A DNA stretch of 64,000 nt from an uncultured virus (IMG/VR IMGVR_UViG_3300008261_000015) (Duplodnaviria; Heunggongvirae; Uroviricota; Caudoviricetes), in IMG/VR virus record IMGVR_UViG_3300008261_000015; one strand, given 5' to 3'. This document shows positions 37,810 through 48,617 of this stretch, in pieces. Position numbers and translations under genes: made by a program. A model generated the notes under the pieces. It saw only the letters and a list, made by a program, of their open reading frames with translations, was not told the origin of the DNA and ran no database searches. How positions within the stretch are numbered: the stretch's first letter is position 1; each line of letters starts with the position of its first letter.

Positions 37810-40800
37810 ATGAACGAGTTAGAAAAACTTTACAATGTATTAATTGAAAAGGGTTTATATACTAAGTCTTTTCAAGAATTTCAGCAGAGATATAGTCAAG
37901 ACGAAGAATACAAGAATAAAGTATATAACGTCGTTTCTAATAAAGGTCTTTATACTAAAGATAGAAATTCTTTTTTCCAGAAATATTCAGGAGTAGCTCA
38001 ATCTTTGGAAGATTTAAAGGTTGAATACAAAGAACCTAAAAAAAAAGTCGCTACGGGCTCGTCTGGAACGGCTGGTTCATCGGTATCTGCAAGGATTCCT
38101 AGATTTGATGCAGCGAAGCCTGAAGTAGTAGCTAGTGAATCTACTAGAGTTCCTAATGTTAGAATCCCTCAAAAAGAGCAAGCTCCTGACAAGATAGATG
38201 AAAAACTACAAATTATTCAGGAGGAAGAAAGAGAGGCGAAGCGAATTATTGAAGAGGCGCAAAGAGTTGAAGATCAAAAAGCCTATGACAAGCTTGAAAA
38301 AAATCCATTTGTAAGTTTTGGTAAGAAGTTTTGGGAAACTTTATCAATGCAAATTCCTTCCGCAATGGAAGCAAAGGGTGCTCAAAGAATAAGCAATATG
38401 GCAGAATCTGACATAAGATTATTGAAGTCAGTAGCTAATGTTCCAGATGATGAAATAATTGAAATGCCAAGTCTTACAGATCCTAGAGCTGGAAGAACTA
38501 CAAAATATAAAGCTGGAGAATATAAAAAACTCATTACAGATAAAATAGCCAAAGGAAATAATGCAACTAGCGCTGCATTAGAATTAGCTATTAAACTAAA
38601 TAAAGATTTAGAGAATAGCGATGTTATATCATCATTATCTCAAGTAAAAGATGGATATGATTTAGTAAATTTTATATCGTCTTCTGTTGGACAAGCAACA
38701 GCTCAAATTCCATTAGCGGTTGCGACTGGTGGTGGTATGAGTTACGCTATGGAGTCTGGTAACATATACCTTGAAACTGTTAAAGAAATAGCTAAAAAGG
38801 AAGGAATAACACCTATTCAAGTTATTCAACAAGGTAAGGATCAAGTTGCGTTAGCAGAAATAGGTGGGGCATTATCTGGAGCTCTTGAGCTTTTTGGAGC
38901 TAAAAAAGTTTTAGATATATTCGGACTAGAAAATATTAAAAAAGATTTAAGGAAGAAAGCATTAACAATTTTAGTAAATAGCCAGATTGAGGGGGCTACT
39001 GAAGTAGGGCAAGAATATGTATCTAGCGCAGCTAAAGGAATTGGAGTTGAAGGAGAATTAAAAACTCCAACTTTGACTCAATCTCTTGACGCTTACGCAG
39101 CTGGTATGTTTGGAGCAGCTGGTATACAATCTCCAGCATTATTATTTGGGTCAAAAAAGACAGCAGAAACCAAGAAAGAAGAAGAGAAGAAAGAAGAAGA
39201 GAAGACTGAGTTTAAGCCAGGCGAAACTGTAACTTTAGACACAAAAACTAAAACTCCAAAAGTTCAGCCTGTTGAAGAAATACTTGAACCAGTAATACTA
39301 GATTACGGAGACTCTAAATTTGGATTCATTAGAGATGAATCTGGAGATATGGAGCTCACCAAAGAGTTGGATACCGAAGAACAAGCAATATCCATGGCGG
39401 AGATGCTTGGGAAGACCTACAAAAAACTTGACTTTACTATTCAAGAAGTAGATTCAACAGATCCGTATACTCCAACTAAATATAAAATTGTCGCCAGAGA
39501 AAAGGCTCCTACTCAAGCTGAAGTATCATACACTATTGATGGGTCTAAAATGGACCGAGCAAGGTTCGTTGCTGCTGTAGGCGAGGCTAAGACTGAGGAT
39601 GCTCTTAATGAGTTGGATACAACTGATCCAGATGTTCAGAAAATCATTGACGCTAAGAGAGCAGAGATTACTGGTCAGCCAGTCACTAAAGCAGAACCTC
39701 AAACCAAAGAAGGTCAAGAAGAAGTAACTCCTGAAGTAGATAGTAGAACTATTGCTGAAAGACAGGTGGAGACTGAGTCGAAAATAAAGCGTAAAGATTT
39801 ATTTATGGGTGTAGGTGAATTTTCACTTGAACTTGGAGGTAGCGATAAATCAGCTGTTCCTGTAACTCATAAGGAAGTAAATGGAATTGAATTTGTGGAG
39901 TACGCACACCCTGACACTGGCAGCGTTGATGTGGTTGTTACTGGAACCTCAGAAAATGATTTTGTTGGATTTTACAGAATATATGAAAATGGTAAGCCAA
40001 CAAATAAGTGGAGTTCTAAATTTGAAAACCAATCAAGAAATAAAGAATCATTTAAAACAATGATTGGTGGTGTACAAGAAATGTTACCACAAGGACATGA
40101 GTACACTGAAAAAACAAGCATATCAACTGATGGGTTAAGGGTATGGGGACAGCAATTAGATAGAGGTTACGAGTTGCAATATGATGAGAATGGTAAATTA
40201 AAAACTCAACAAGTTGCTATTAATGGTGATGCAATACAAAATGTTCTTGGAGTACCTGTTCAGCCAGGACAATTTGATAATATAAGAGTAAATTCTGAAG
40301 AACAATTTAATACAGTAAAAAAAGCATTGTTGCCATTTTTACAAAAATTTGGACTAAACGAGAGCAATATAAGACGAGATGGAAGCGCTGTAAAAATTGA
40401 CTTACCTATACTAAAAAAACAATCTCAAACCAAACAAGGTCAAGAAAAAATAAATGAGATTGAAAAAAGAAGACAGGAAGAATTAAGTAATCTTGGTCAA
40501 AAACAATTAACCAGTGGTTTTAATAAACTAACTGAAGCCAAAACTCCAGAACAAGCTGCAAAAGTTATAAAAGAAATTGAACAAAATGTTAGCCAAGGAG
40601 CTAAGTTGTCATCAGAGCAATCTAAACAATTATCAGATGCTAAAGAGCAACTAAAAAATAATGGTTATGAAATTATAGAAAGCCCTACTTATAGACAAGG
40701 AGAAAATAAAATAGTTCAAAGTTCTAAAGAATATGAAGGGGAAGTTCTTACAGAGCAGCAGGTAAAAGAGATTGAAAGCTCAATTAATAGTAAAGAAAAA

Positions 40801-43800
40801 AGAGGATTAGAGGTTGATGTCGAAGATTTACCTTCTCCAGTAACAAGAGTTGTAAAACCTCAATTAAACAAAGATGGCAAAATGGTTCAAGCTGCTGAAG
40901 TAAATACTATTGTATTTGATTCAGTAGAACAAGCAAAAAATGCTATTAGGAAATCTAAAGAAGCAGGATATAAACAATCTAAACCGTCTGATAACATCAA
41001 TGCTAAATATGATGCAGAACTAGCTGATTTAGAAAAGACTACCAAAATACAGCCAGATTCTGATGTAATTACTGACGAAGTATACAATAATTTTGTAGAC
41101 AAAAATGTTGTCCCAGATGATGTTTTAAATAGTATTGCTGATAAAGTAATTAGCCGTACAGATTTATCAGAAAAAGAAACAGCAATATTTAATGGAAAGA
41201 CATCCGAGATAAACGAGATAATTAAAGATAAAGCTTCTCAAGAAAAAATAACTGAGATTGAGGAGAAAAGAAAAGTTGCTTTAAGAAATATTGTACAAAT
41301 TCTTGGCGATGAAGGTATTGAATTTGGAGCGGCAGCCTGGGATGAGAATGGTACAAACATTTTAAGTGATATATTTAATGTATCTGGAAAAACAAAAGAG
41401 GAAGCAGTAGGTAAAATCAATGCTAAATATGACGCAGACATAGCTGCTTTAAAAAAACCAGTGACAATTAATGTCGCTGACCAGTATACTACTGATGAGG
41501 TTAATAGAGTAAAAACATTACCAATTGAAAACGAGGATGGAGCCACGATGAACCTTGATGGTACTAAGTACGAAAAAGGCGGCCTAGTTATTCCATTGGC
41601 ATCTAGAAATCTACCTATAGAGGAACTTACACCTGAAAAGATAAATGAGTTTGTTAACGAGAACTCTGAGTCTATAGGATCTGATCTTGTAAAGGTTGGT
41701 ATCTACAAGTTCCCAGGTCGTGCAGAAGCATCTATTGACATCAATATAGTCGCAGATAGATCTAAAAGAAAGGAAGCGTTAAAGATTGCTAGAGAGCTTG
41801 GGCAGGAGTCTATTTTTGATCTAGACACATTCGAGAACATTAAGACTGGTGCCACTGGTAAAAACCCAAAAGTTTTAACTCCAAAAGAGTTTTTAGAAAT
41901 ACAGGAGAGACTTTCTGAAAAGCCTAAAAAAGGTGCTAAGGGGTCAAGAGCTAGACTAAGTTCTGGCGTTGAGCAACAAGACACTAGAACCCAAGAGGAG
42001 GAGATCGTTCGAGAGATGGATAAACTTGCCGAGCAAAGTCCAGAGGAAGCTGCTTTTGAAGAAGTTCAAGACGCAGGGAAAAAGGACATTGGAGAGGCAG
42101 TTGCTCAGAACCCTACACCAAACAAGAAGAGTTTCATAAAGAAGGCGCTTGAATTTCTGGGTCTATCTAGTGAAAATCAATTGTACAGAAAGATAGAGGA
42201 CTTCGCGAACATGCCTATGATGATAGGTATTTCAGATACTCTAGGCAGTGGCGTTTTCAAGGATGCTTTGGGCAACCCTATGAATGTAGATGGTGGTTTG
42301 CTATTTAACCTATTCAGAAACCCAGCCCTTGCTTGGGCTAACGTAGATAAGAAATACGCTGAAAACTTAGTTAAGCAAGCAAAGCAAGTATACGCATCAA
42401 ACAAAGAACTATACGACAGACTTTGGAAAGAAGGAGCACTTCCTGAAGGTCACATCCCTTACGCAATTGTACGTATGGGTGACGACGCCTTGTATTCAAA
42501 CGAAGCTATATTCAGATACCTATCTCCATGGGTTAAGACACTTCCATTGGAGAATAGACAAGCTGCACTTGAAGTATTGAAAAAAGAGTTAGAAACTTCT
42601 GCTAAAGATCAAACTGGTATTAGTTGGATTTTTGAACTTCAAGATAATATAGAAAATGGTTCTATTGAGAATTTTAATGGGCTTCTATCCTACATTAAAA
42701 ATCTTAAAGAGAATGCTAAAACTGAAACCGCGATCAGCAGTATAACTTCATTAGAAAATCAAATAAAAAAGCTAAGGGGAGATGAGGCTTTCTCTGATGG
42801 TATTCAAATAATTAGTGAAATACTTGACAAAAAAGCTCCAATTGCAGTTTTAAATTTTATAGAAAAAAATAACATCACGACAGTAGATCAGTTATTTGAC
42901 GCTATAGCTGAAGATGCTGTAAAAAGAGCTAAAGCAGATCCAAATAATAAGAGTGACTTAAGCTTACCACTTAGAGCTTTTATATCTACAAAGATATTCT
43001 CAACAGAGCCATTAACCACTGGTAAGCCTAGCAGTAACTTTAGTAAAGCGTTGCTTGGTAAAACTGAAAACCCTCTATGGGCAGACGTTGATAAGTTGAC
43101 TCTACCTTACATCAAAGATCAGATCAGTGAGCCAGCAATGATCGCTGCAAGACCTGGTGATATCGTGGCCATAATGGGCATAGACGTGAGAGAAGGATCT
43201 GCTGGAGTAGCCAAGGCAAACCACAACAACTATGGTTTCGGTCCAAAAGGTAAACTTATAGGATACTTAAAAGAGCCAGCAAGAGCGTTCGATGTATTTG
43301 CTGAGCTAAAGGCTAAGGCGCCAAGATTATTTAAGCCAAATAAATCTGGAGTATACCCATCACCAGAGTCTGTAATAAGACAGGCTGGCGGAGTGGCTTA
43401 CGTTGACGTGCCATTCAGAGGAGCTAGGCTTTTAACAGGTGGAGTGACCAACCTTGATCTTATCATTGGTAACTTGCGTACAGCATTCCCTGAAGTAGGA
43501 GTGTTTACTACAGAGCAAGAGTTTGACGAATTCTTGAAGCAGGAGGGTATTAGATCTAGAAAAGATCAAAATGGTAACATCATCTATGGTATTACTAAGG
43601 ATGGAAAAGTATTTCTAAATCCAGACAACAAGTCTCTAAGAACACCTATTCACGAATTCGCCCACATCTGGGTTGATTACTTGAGATCTAAGGCTTCTGG
43701 TAACAGAGGCAAGGATTTGCTTAGTAAAGGTCTACAGCTTGTTGATGGAACACCAGAGTACACTGAGGCTCTTGAAAAGTACGGAGAAAGAGATCTTGCA

Positions 43801-46800
43801 CTAGAAGAGGCACTAGTTGAATTGATTGCCACGAAGGGTGACACCATAATCAACGCTTCTCAGAAAAGCAAATTCAAGAACTGGTTAAACGCGCTATTCA
43901 AGTACATCAAAGAAAAGTTTGTTTCAACAAAGAGACTATTTGACACAAAGAAAACTGGAGATGTAGAGTTCAAGAAGTTTATCGAGAACATGACTATCGA
44001 CGACTTCATGAACATATCACTTGCTGACTTGTTCGGAATGTCTATAGTTAGCAGAAAGTTCAAACCTTCTGAGGCATCTACTAGCGCTAAGGCCAGAATG
44101 TCATTGGGCAAGTTGCCATCTAGGATAAATGAAGAGATAAATAAAATAATCTCTGAGCAAAAAGCTCTTGGAAAGAAGCCAGTTGAAGTTGCCAGAGAGG
44201 CAGCTAAATACTTAAAGAACACTGAAGCTTACAAAAAGTTAGGAGATAGAGAAAAAGCTAAGGCTCTATATGGAGTTAAGAGACTTTCTGGTATGAGAGT
44301 TAGTGTCACTACAGATGAATATGCTGCACTTAAAGACCAGATAAAACTAGAAGCAAAGGCTGCTAGAGAATCTGCTATAGATTATAAGAAGTCTATATCT
44401 AACTTGGTTTCATACGTAAGATCACTAGTTAAGGATGGCAAGATTAGCACATTTAAAGCTGGAGTAATTATTGGAAGAATAGCAAATACAAATCTATCAA
44501 GCCCAGAGTCTGTAAACAAAACAATTAGTTACGTTGCAGATGTATTCGATAGTGCAAACTTAGCAATGAAAATTAGCCGTGCTAAGTCTCTTGTTAAAAA
44601 CGCTAAGAGAAACATCAAGAGTAAGATTGGTCAGAGCCCAGACTTATTTACAGCAGCTAAGGTTCTATTGTCTATAGATCCTCACTTCATACCTACGCCT
44701 TTGATTGACGATTACTTAAACATCATGGAGGTAATTGGAGAAAGAGCTAGAGTTCTATCAATTAAAGATGCTGGAGAAATGGCAGCTAAGATGAACGTGA
44801 TCATCAACGCTGTAATAAATGAGTCAGAAACTGGGGTTACTTCGGCTGAAGAAACTAAAGTTAAGGCTACACCAGAAGAAAGCGCTCAGGAAGCAGAATC
44901 ACTAATCAGACAGATTGAATCTGAGACACTAAATACTTCAAAGGTTCTTGATAAAAATTCTAACGCTGTAGCTAGAAAGGTAGCGTCTATCAATAGAAAA
45001 GATATGACGGAGTTGCTATCTACAGATAAAGATGGTGTAGTTGATTACTCTAAGCTGAAACTTTTGTTAGGTATTAGAGATAACATCAAAGCTGGTATTG
45101 TAACAAACGAAGCGTTGAACCTAGTTACCACTGTAGAGCAGAATAGAGGAGTTGACACATTCTCTAAACTTCTACCTAAAATTAATGGTATGAGCATTTT
45201 GAACGGAGTTACTAGAACTTTAGGTGAAGTTAAGTCTTTGATTACTAATAAGTCTGGGGTACTACAGGCAATGAGATCAACAGGTACTCCTAGCGTAGAT
45301 GATGTGTTAGGAAACTTTAATGACACAACTATATACAAACTTACATTCGGTAAACTTGCATCTGCTAAAGGAAAACTTGACGCTACTTTGTCTGACAGAT
45401 CTGCAAAAGCTAGTGCGGCAGAAATTCTATTTCAAAACGGAGTAGGGATTGGTCCATTAAGAGGCACACTTAGAACAAATAATGAAGTTGTTAAAGCGAA
45501 GTACAAGGTTCAAGCTCTATTGCTACAAAAGGAATTTGAATCAAATCCTGGAAGTGAATCCGTATCTCCAGCTATAGATTTCATTAATGCTACCATTAAG
45601 GCTGTAACTAGAAAAGAGTCTTCGCTTACAAAGCACGACGCCAAGATACTTAGAGAGATTAAGACTGAGTTTGGAGCAAAAGACGCTGATGGAAAAGAGA
45701 CTTTGAACTTCAAGAAGATGGAAGAGTCTCTAACTGCTAACGATAAAAAGGCAATGAAGCTGATTGAGGAGATTAACGCTTCGACAGCTGAGGAGGCTTT
45801 ATTCACAAGTTCTGTAATCAGAGGAAAAAGAGTTGATATATTAAACAATTACGTTCACCACGCTGTAAGTGATAGAAATTTGATGAATCAAATGGTGGAT
45901 TTGGTTAATAAGTTACTTGGAAGAGGACCTGACGGAAAGCCGTCTACCAAAGCAGGTACGCTAAATGAAAGAACCCCTGGGGCTAAGGCAATTATATTTG
46001 ATCCAGTGTTCTCTTCAATGAAGGGTGCTAGAGAAACATTGACTGACTTTTACATGACAACAGCCATTAGAGAGGTTAGTGGTATGCTTGATAAACTTGA
46101 GAATAAAGTGCTTGATGATGATAATACTACAGAGGCTCAAAGAGATTCAGTTCAAGCTGTAAAAGAAGCTGTAAAAGAAGCCCTAGAGATTACATTCCAA
46201 AATCACTTTAGCGAAGACACATTTGGTGAAGCACTCATAAATGCGATTAAGAAACTAGGATATCAGTCTATGTTGGCCTCACTTCCAAGAGCTGGCGCTG
46301 AATACTTGTCGAACATGAGTTATGCGGTATTATCAGATCCTGTAACAATGGCACAATCTGTTGGATTGTCTGACTTTGCTTACTCTTCTGATATGCTTGG
46401 ATTCTTGGAGAATATAGGAAGTTCTGAGTCTACACGTCTTGCTGGTAATGAAATGCTAACTAGCAAGTATGCTGAAGGTGGATTTGCTTCTGGATATGGA
46501 AGGACATCTAAGTCTGGAGCGTCATCAAAGGTTATGAACTACGCTTCATTTATTGCAGACATGACAGCTGGTAATGTATTTAGGACAAATGATGTAACTG
46601 CTGACTTAGTTGTATCTACACCAGACAAGGCTATTTCAAAGCCTTACTATGCACAATTCTTTGTGAATAAATTTAAAGAGTTGACTGGAGTTGAACTTTC
46701 AAAGTCAGAACTTAGAAAAATTGCTAATGGTACATCAGAATATCTTTCTCCAAAGTACGAGAATGCAATTGCAAAATCTAGAGAAGACGCTGACTTAGCA

Positions 46801-47769
46801 GTTATTAGAATGGCTGGATCAACAAACTCATTTAACACTATTCTAAAGAACGTACCTAGAAAGACTGACAAGCCTTGGACTTCAGCGTACAGAGCTATAA
46901 ATTCATTGATGGCTAGATTCTACCTGACTGAATACGGAACTCTAAGATCTGCTGTAATAGCTTTATTCAAGTCTGGCCAAATTAGCAGGCTGACTGCTGT
47001 TGGACTGATAGCTGGATCTTTGACTAGAATGAGTATGTACCTAGTTGCATTTGGATTACTAGCAAAATTGTTCGACTCAGCTATCGCTAACTTACTTGAC
47101 CTTGAAGAGCCAGAGGAGGAGGATGAAGACTTGATGACTACAATTAAGAGAAGTATAGTTGGTTCTGGTGTAAATGCACTTACGAGAAGAACTCTAGGAA
47201 ACGTGCCATACATTCCAATTGCGTTGGGAGTAGAGCTGATGAACGAGGAACTTGGTGAAGATTACGGATTAAGAGATGGTGACTATGACCCATATAAAAA
47301 TTCATTAGTCTTCTCAAGAATAACAAATGAAGACTTCTACACGAAAAGTCCTTATGAGATTTTTGGAAAAGTTGTAGCTGGGCCATTCTCTCCAATAGTG
47401 TCAACTGGATTTAGAGCCATTACTTTGGGCGCTAGAGCCACTAAAGAAGGTTCTAAGCCAGAGACTAAGAAGAGGGCTATGGATGAGCTTGAGCAGAGAA
47501 TGAGTATGGAGGCAATTGGAAACTTTGGTCTTATTCCTTTCTACAAGGACACAAGAAGAATCATGATGAATGATTTTTATGCGAGAAATTACGATAAAAA
47601 AGAAGATTCTTCTTTCACTATCACGGAAAAACAAATAGATTTGGTCAGAAAATCAAATCCTGCTGCCGCTAGAAGAATGAGATTGTTCAAAGAACAACAG
47701 AAAAAAATAGAAGCAAGAAGGAGAGCGATTAAGAAAAAGTTTGAAAAGAAACAAACCAAATCCAATTAA
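37810..47769 (+). CDS. giant polyvalent virion (ejected) protein with zincin metallopeptidase motif
   Basis: 3319 aa; HEFAH at 43651-43665 plus downstream EEAL; internal repeat-bounded modules. Confidence 0.8.
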   Translation: MNELEKLYNVLIEKGLYTKSFQEFQQRYSQDEEYKNKVYNVVSNKGLYTKDRNSFFQKYSGVAQSLEDLKVEYKEPKKKVATGSSGTAGSSVSARIPRFDAAKPEVVASESTRVPNVRIPQKEQAPDKIDEKLQIIQEEEREAKRIIEEAQRVEDQKAYDKLEKNPFVSFGKKFWETLSMQIPSAMEAKGAQRISNMAESDIRLLKSVANVPDDEIIEMPSLTDPRAGRTTKYKAGEYKKLITDKIAKGNNATSAALELAIKLNKDLENSDVISSLSQVKDGYDLVNFISSSVGQATAQIPLAVATGGGMSYAMESGNIYLETVKEIAKKEGITPIQVIQQGKDQVALAEIGGALSGALELFGAKKVLDIFGLENIKKDLRKKALTILVNSQIEGATEVGQEYVSSAAKGIGVEGELKTPTLTQSLDAYAAGMFGAAGIQSPALLFGSKKTAETKKEEEKKEEEKTEFKPGETVTLDTKTKTPKVQPVEEILEPVILDYGDSKFGFIRDESGDMELTKELDTEEQAISMAEMLGKTYKKLDFTIQEVDSTDPYTPTKYKIVAREKAPTQAEVSYTIDGSKMDRARFVAAVGEAKTEDALNELDTTDPDVQKIIDAKRAEITGQPVTKAEPQTKEGQEEVTPEVDSRTIAERQVETESKIKRKDLFMGVGEFSLELGGSDKSAVPVTHKEVNGIEFVEYAHPDTGSVDVVVTGTSENDFVGFYRIYENGKPTNKWSSKFENQSRNKESFKTMIGGVQEMLPQGHEYTEKTSISTDGLRVWGQQLDRGYELQYDENGKLKTQQVAINGDAIQNVLGVPVQPGQFDNIRVNSEEQFNTVKKALLPFLQKFGLNESNIRRDGSAVKIDLPILKKQSQTKQGQEKINEIEKRRQEELSNLGQKQLTSGFNKLTEAKTPEQAAKVIKEIEQNVSQGAKLSSEQSKQLSDAKEQLKNNGYEIIESPTYRQGENKIVQSSKEYEGEVLTEQQVKEIESSINSKEKRGLEVDVEDLPSPVTRVVKPQLNKDGKMVQAAEVNTIVFDSVEQAKNAIRKSKEAGYKQSKPSDNINAKYDAELADLEKTTKIQPDSDVITDEVYNNFVDKNVVPDDVLNSIADKVISRTDLSEKETAIFNGKTSEINEIIKDKASQEKITEIEEKRKVALRNIVQILGDEGIEFGAAAWDENGTNILSDIFNVSGKTKEEAVGKINAKYDADIAALKKPVTINVADQYTTDEVNRVKTLPIENEDGATMNLDGTKYEKGGLVIPLASRNLPIEELTPEKINEFVNENSESIGSDLVKVGIYKFPGRAEASIDINIVADRSKRKEALKIARELGQESIFDLDTFENIKTGATGKNPKVLTPKEFLEIQERLSEKPKKGAKGSRARLSSGVEQQDTRTQEEEIVREMDKLAEQSPEEAAFEEVQDAGKKDIGEAVAQNPTPNKKSFIKKALEFLGLSSENQLYRKIEDFANMPMMIGISDTLGSGVFKDALGNPMNVDGGLLFNLFRNPALAWANVDKKYAENLVKQAKQVYASNKELYDRLWKEGALPEGHIPYAIVRMGDDALYSNEAIFRYLSPWVKTLPLENRQAALEVLKKELETSAKDQTGISWIFELQDNIENGSIENFNGLLSYIKNLKENAKTETAISSITSLENQIKKLRGDEAFSDGIQIISEILDKKAPIAVLNFIEKNNITTVDQLFDAIAEDAVKRAKADPNNKSDLSLPLRAFISTKIFSTEPLTTGKPSSNFSKALLGKTENPLWADVDKLTLPYIKDQISEPAMIAARPGDIVAIMGIDVREGSAGVAKANHNNYGFGPKGKLIGYLKEPARAFDVFAELKAKAPRLFKPNKSGVYPSPESVIRQAGGVAYVDVPFRGARLLTGGVTNLDLIIGNLRTAFPEVGVFTTEQEFDEFLKQEGIRSRKDQNGNIIYGITKDGKVFLNPDNKSLRTPIHEFAHIWVDYLRSKASGNRGKDLLSKGLQLVDGTPEYTEALEKYGERDLALEEALVELIATKGDTIINASQKSKFKNWLNALFKYIKEKFVSTKRLFDTKKTGDVEFKKFIENMTIDDFMNISLADLFGMSIVSRKFKPSEASTSAKARMSLGKLPSRINEEINKIISEQKALGKKPVEVAREAAKYLKNTEAYKKLGDREKAKALYGVKRLSGMRVSVTTDEYAALKDQIKLEAKAARESAIDYKKSISNLVSYVRSLVKDGKISTFKAGVIIGRIANTNLSSPESVNKTISYVADVFDSANLAMKISRAKSLVKNAKRNIKSKIGQSPDLFTAAKVLLSIDPHFIPTPLIDDYLNIMEVIGERARVLSIKDAGEMAAKMNVIINAVINESETGVTSAEETKVKATPEESAQEAESLIRQIESETLNTSKVLDKNSNAVARKVASINRKDMTELLSTDKDGVVDYSKLKLLLGIRDNIKAGIVTNEALNLVTTVEQNRGVDTFSKLLPKINGMSILNGVTRTLGEVKSLITNKSGVLQAMRSTGTPSVDDVLGNFNDTTIYKLTFGKLASAKGKLDATLSDRSAKASAAEILFQNGVGIGPLRGTLRTNNEVVKAKYKVQALLLQKEFESNPGSESVSPAIDFINATIKAVTRKESSLTKHDAKILREIKTEFGAKDADGKETLNFKKMEESLTANDKKAMKLIEEINASTAEEALFTSSVIRGKRVDILNNYVHHAVSDRNLMNQMVDLVNKLLGRGPDGKPSTKAGTLNERTPGAKAIIFDPVFSSMKGARETLTDFYMTTAIREVSGMLDKLENKVLDDDNTTEAQRDSVQAVKEAVKEALEITFQNHFSEDTFGEALINAIKKLGYQSMLASLPRAGAEYLSNMSYAVLSDPVTMAQSVGLSDFAYSSDMLGFLENIGSSESTRLAGNEMLTSKYAEGGFASGYGRTSKSGASSKVMNYASFIADMTAGNVFRTNDVTADLVVSTPDKAISKPYYAQFFVNKFKELTGVELSKSELRKIANGTSEYLSPKYENAIAKSREDADLAVIRMAGSTNSFNTILKNVPRKTDKPWTSAYRAINSLMARFYLTEYGTLRSAVIALFKSGQISRLTAVGLIAGSLTRMSMYLVAFGLLAKLFDSAIANLLDLEEPEEEDEDLMTTIKRSIVGSGVNALTRRTLGNVPYIPIALGVELMNEELGEDYGLRDGDYDPYKNSLVFSRITNEDFYTKSPYEIFGKVVAGPFSPIVSTGFRAITLGARATKEGSKPETKKRAMDELEQRMSMEAIGNFGLIPFYKDTRRIMMNDFYARNYDKKEDSSFTITEKQIDLVRKSNPAAARRMRLFKEQQKKIEARRRAIKKKFEKKQTKSN

Positions 47770-47771
47770 TA

Positions 47772-48617
47772 ATGCAAATCAAAGTTCAAAATGACTCGTT
47801 TCTTGTGGAGGTTCCACTAAAAGATGGGGCCGATCAGAATAGTATCTTGTTCATTTCTGATCTTCACTTCGACTCAAAGAAGTGTAACAGAAGAGCCTTA
47901 AAGGCTATGATGGATGAAGCGGTTGAAAGAGATGCGAAGATTGCTATCTTCGGAGACATCCTGGATATCATGGGAGCTAAGTTTGATCCTAGATCAAGCA
48001 AGGGTGACATTAGACCAGAGTACAGCACCAATAACTACTTCATGGACGTGTTGGACGACGCAGTAAGATTCTTTGGTCAGTATGCAGACAGAATTTTATT
48101 CTTGTCCATGGGTAACCATGAGGACTCTGTAAAGAAGAGACACGAGTTTGACTTGTTGTCGATAATGTCTTACAAGTTGAAGCAGGAGTACAACTGGAAG
48201 GGTTTAACTGGACCTTACGAAGGTTGGTTGTTGTTCAGGGTTCTAGAAGGATCTACATCAATCAACAGAGGTACCATTAAGGCTTACTACACGCACGGAG
48301 CAGGAGGTAACGCACCAGTGACTAGAGGTGTTATTCAAACATCTAGAAGACAGGTACAGATTAGTGCAGACATGTTCATTTCTGGACACATTCACACTCA
48401 GTTTGCATTCCCTATTCCACAGCGTGTGGTAAACAACCATGGTGTTGAAGAAATAAAGGACATCGTTCACTTACAACTAGGATGTTTTAAGGAAAGCCAC
48501 AGAGGTTCTTGGGAAGCTCAGAGAGGTTTTGGCCCTGCAAACATCGGTGGTTACTGGGTGAAGTTTTTACTTAAGGACAAGAAGCCAAGATTTATCGAAG
48601 AAAGAACTATCTATTAA
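47772..48617 (+). CDS. calcineurin-like metallophosphoesterase
   Basis: SDLH, GDILD, GNHE, THG, GHIH motifs. Confidence 0.88.
   Translation: MQIKVQNDSFLVEVPLKDGADQNSILFISDLHFDSKKCNRRALKAMMDEAVERDAKIAIFGDILDIMGAKFDPRSSKGDIRPEYSTNNYFMDVLDDAVRFFGQYADRILFLSMGNHEDSVKKRHEFDLLSIMSYKLKQEYNWKGLTGPYEGWLLFRVLEGSTSINRGTIKAYYTHGAGGNAPVTRGVIQTSRRQVQISADMFISGHIHTQFAFPIPQRVVNNHGVEEIKDIVHLQLGCFKESHRGSWEAQRGFGPANIGGYWVKFLLKDKKPRFIEERTIY

Noticed and set aside
37810..47769. crAss-like virion RNA polymerase
   Set aside because: No convincing DFDxD/NADFDGD catalytic motif seen; only a zincin motif and accessory modules
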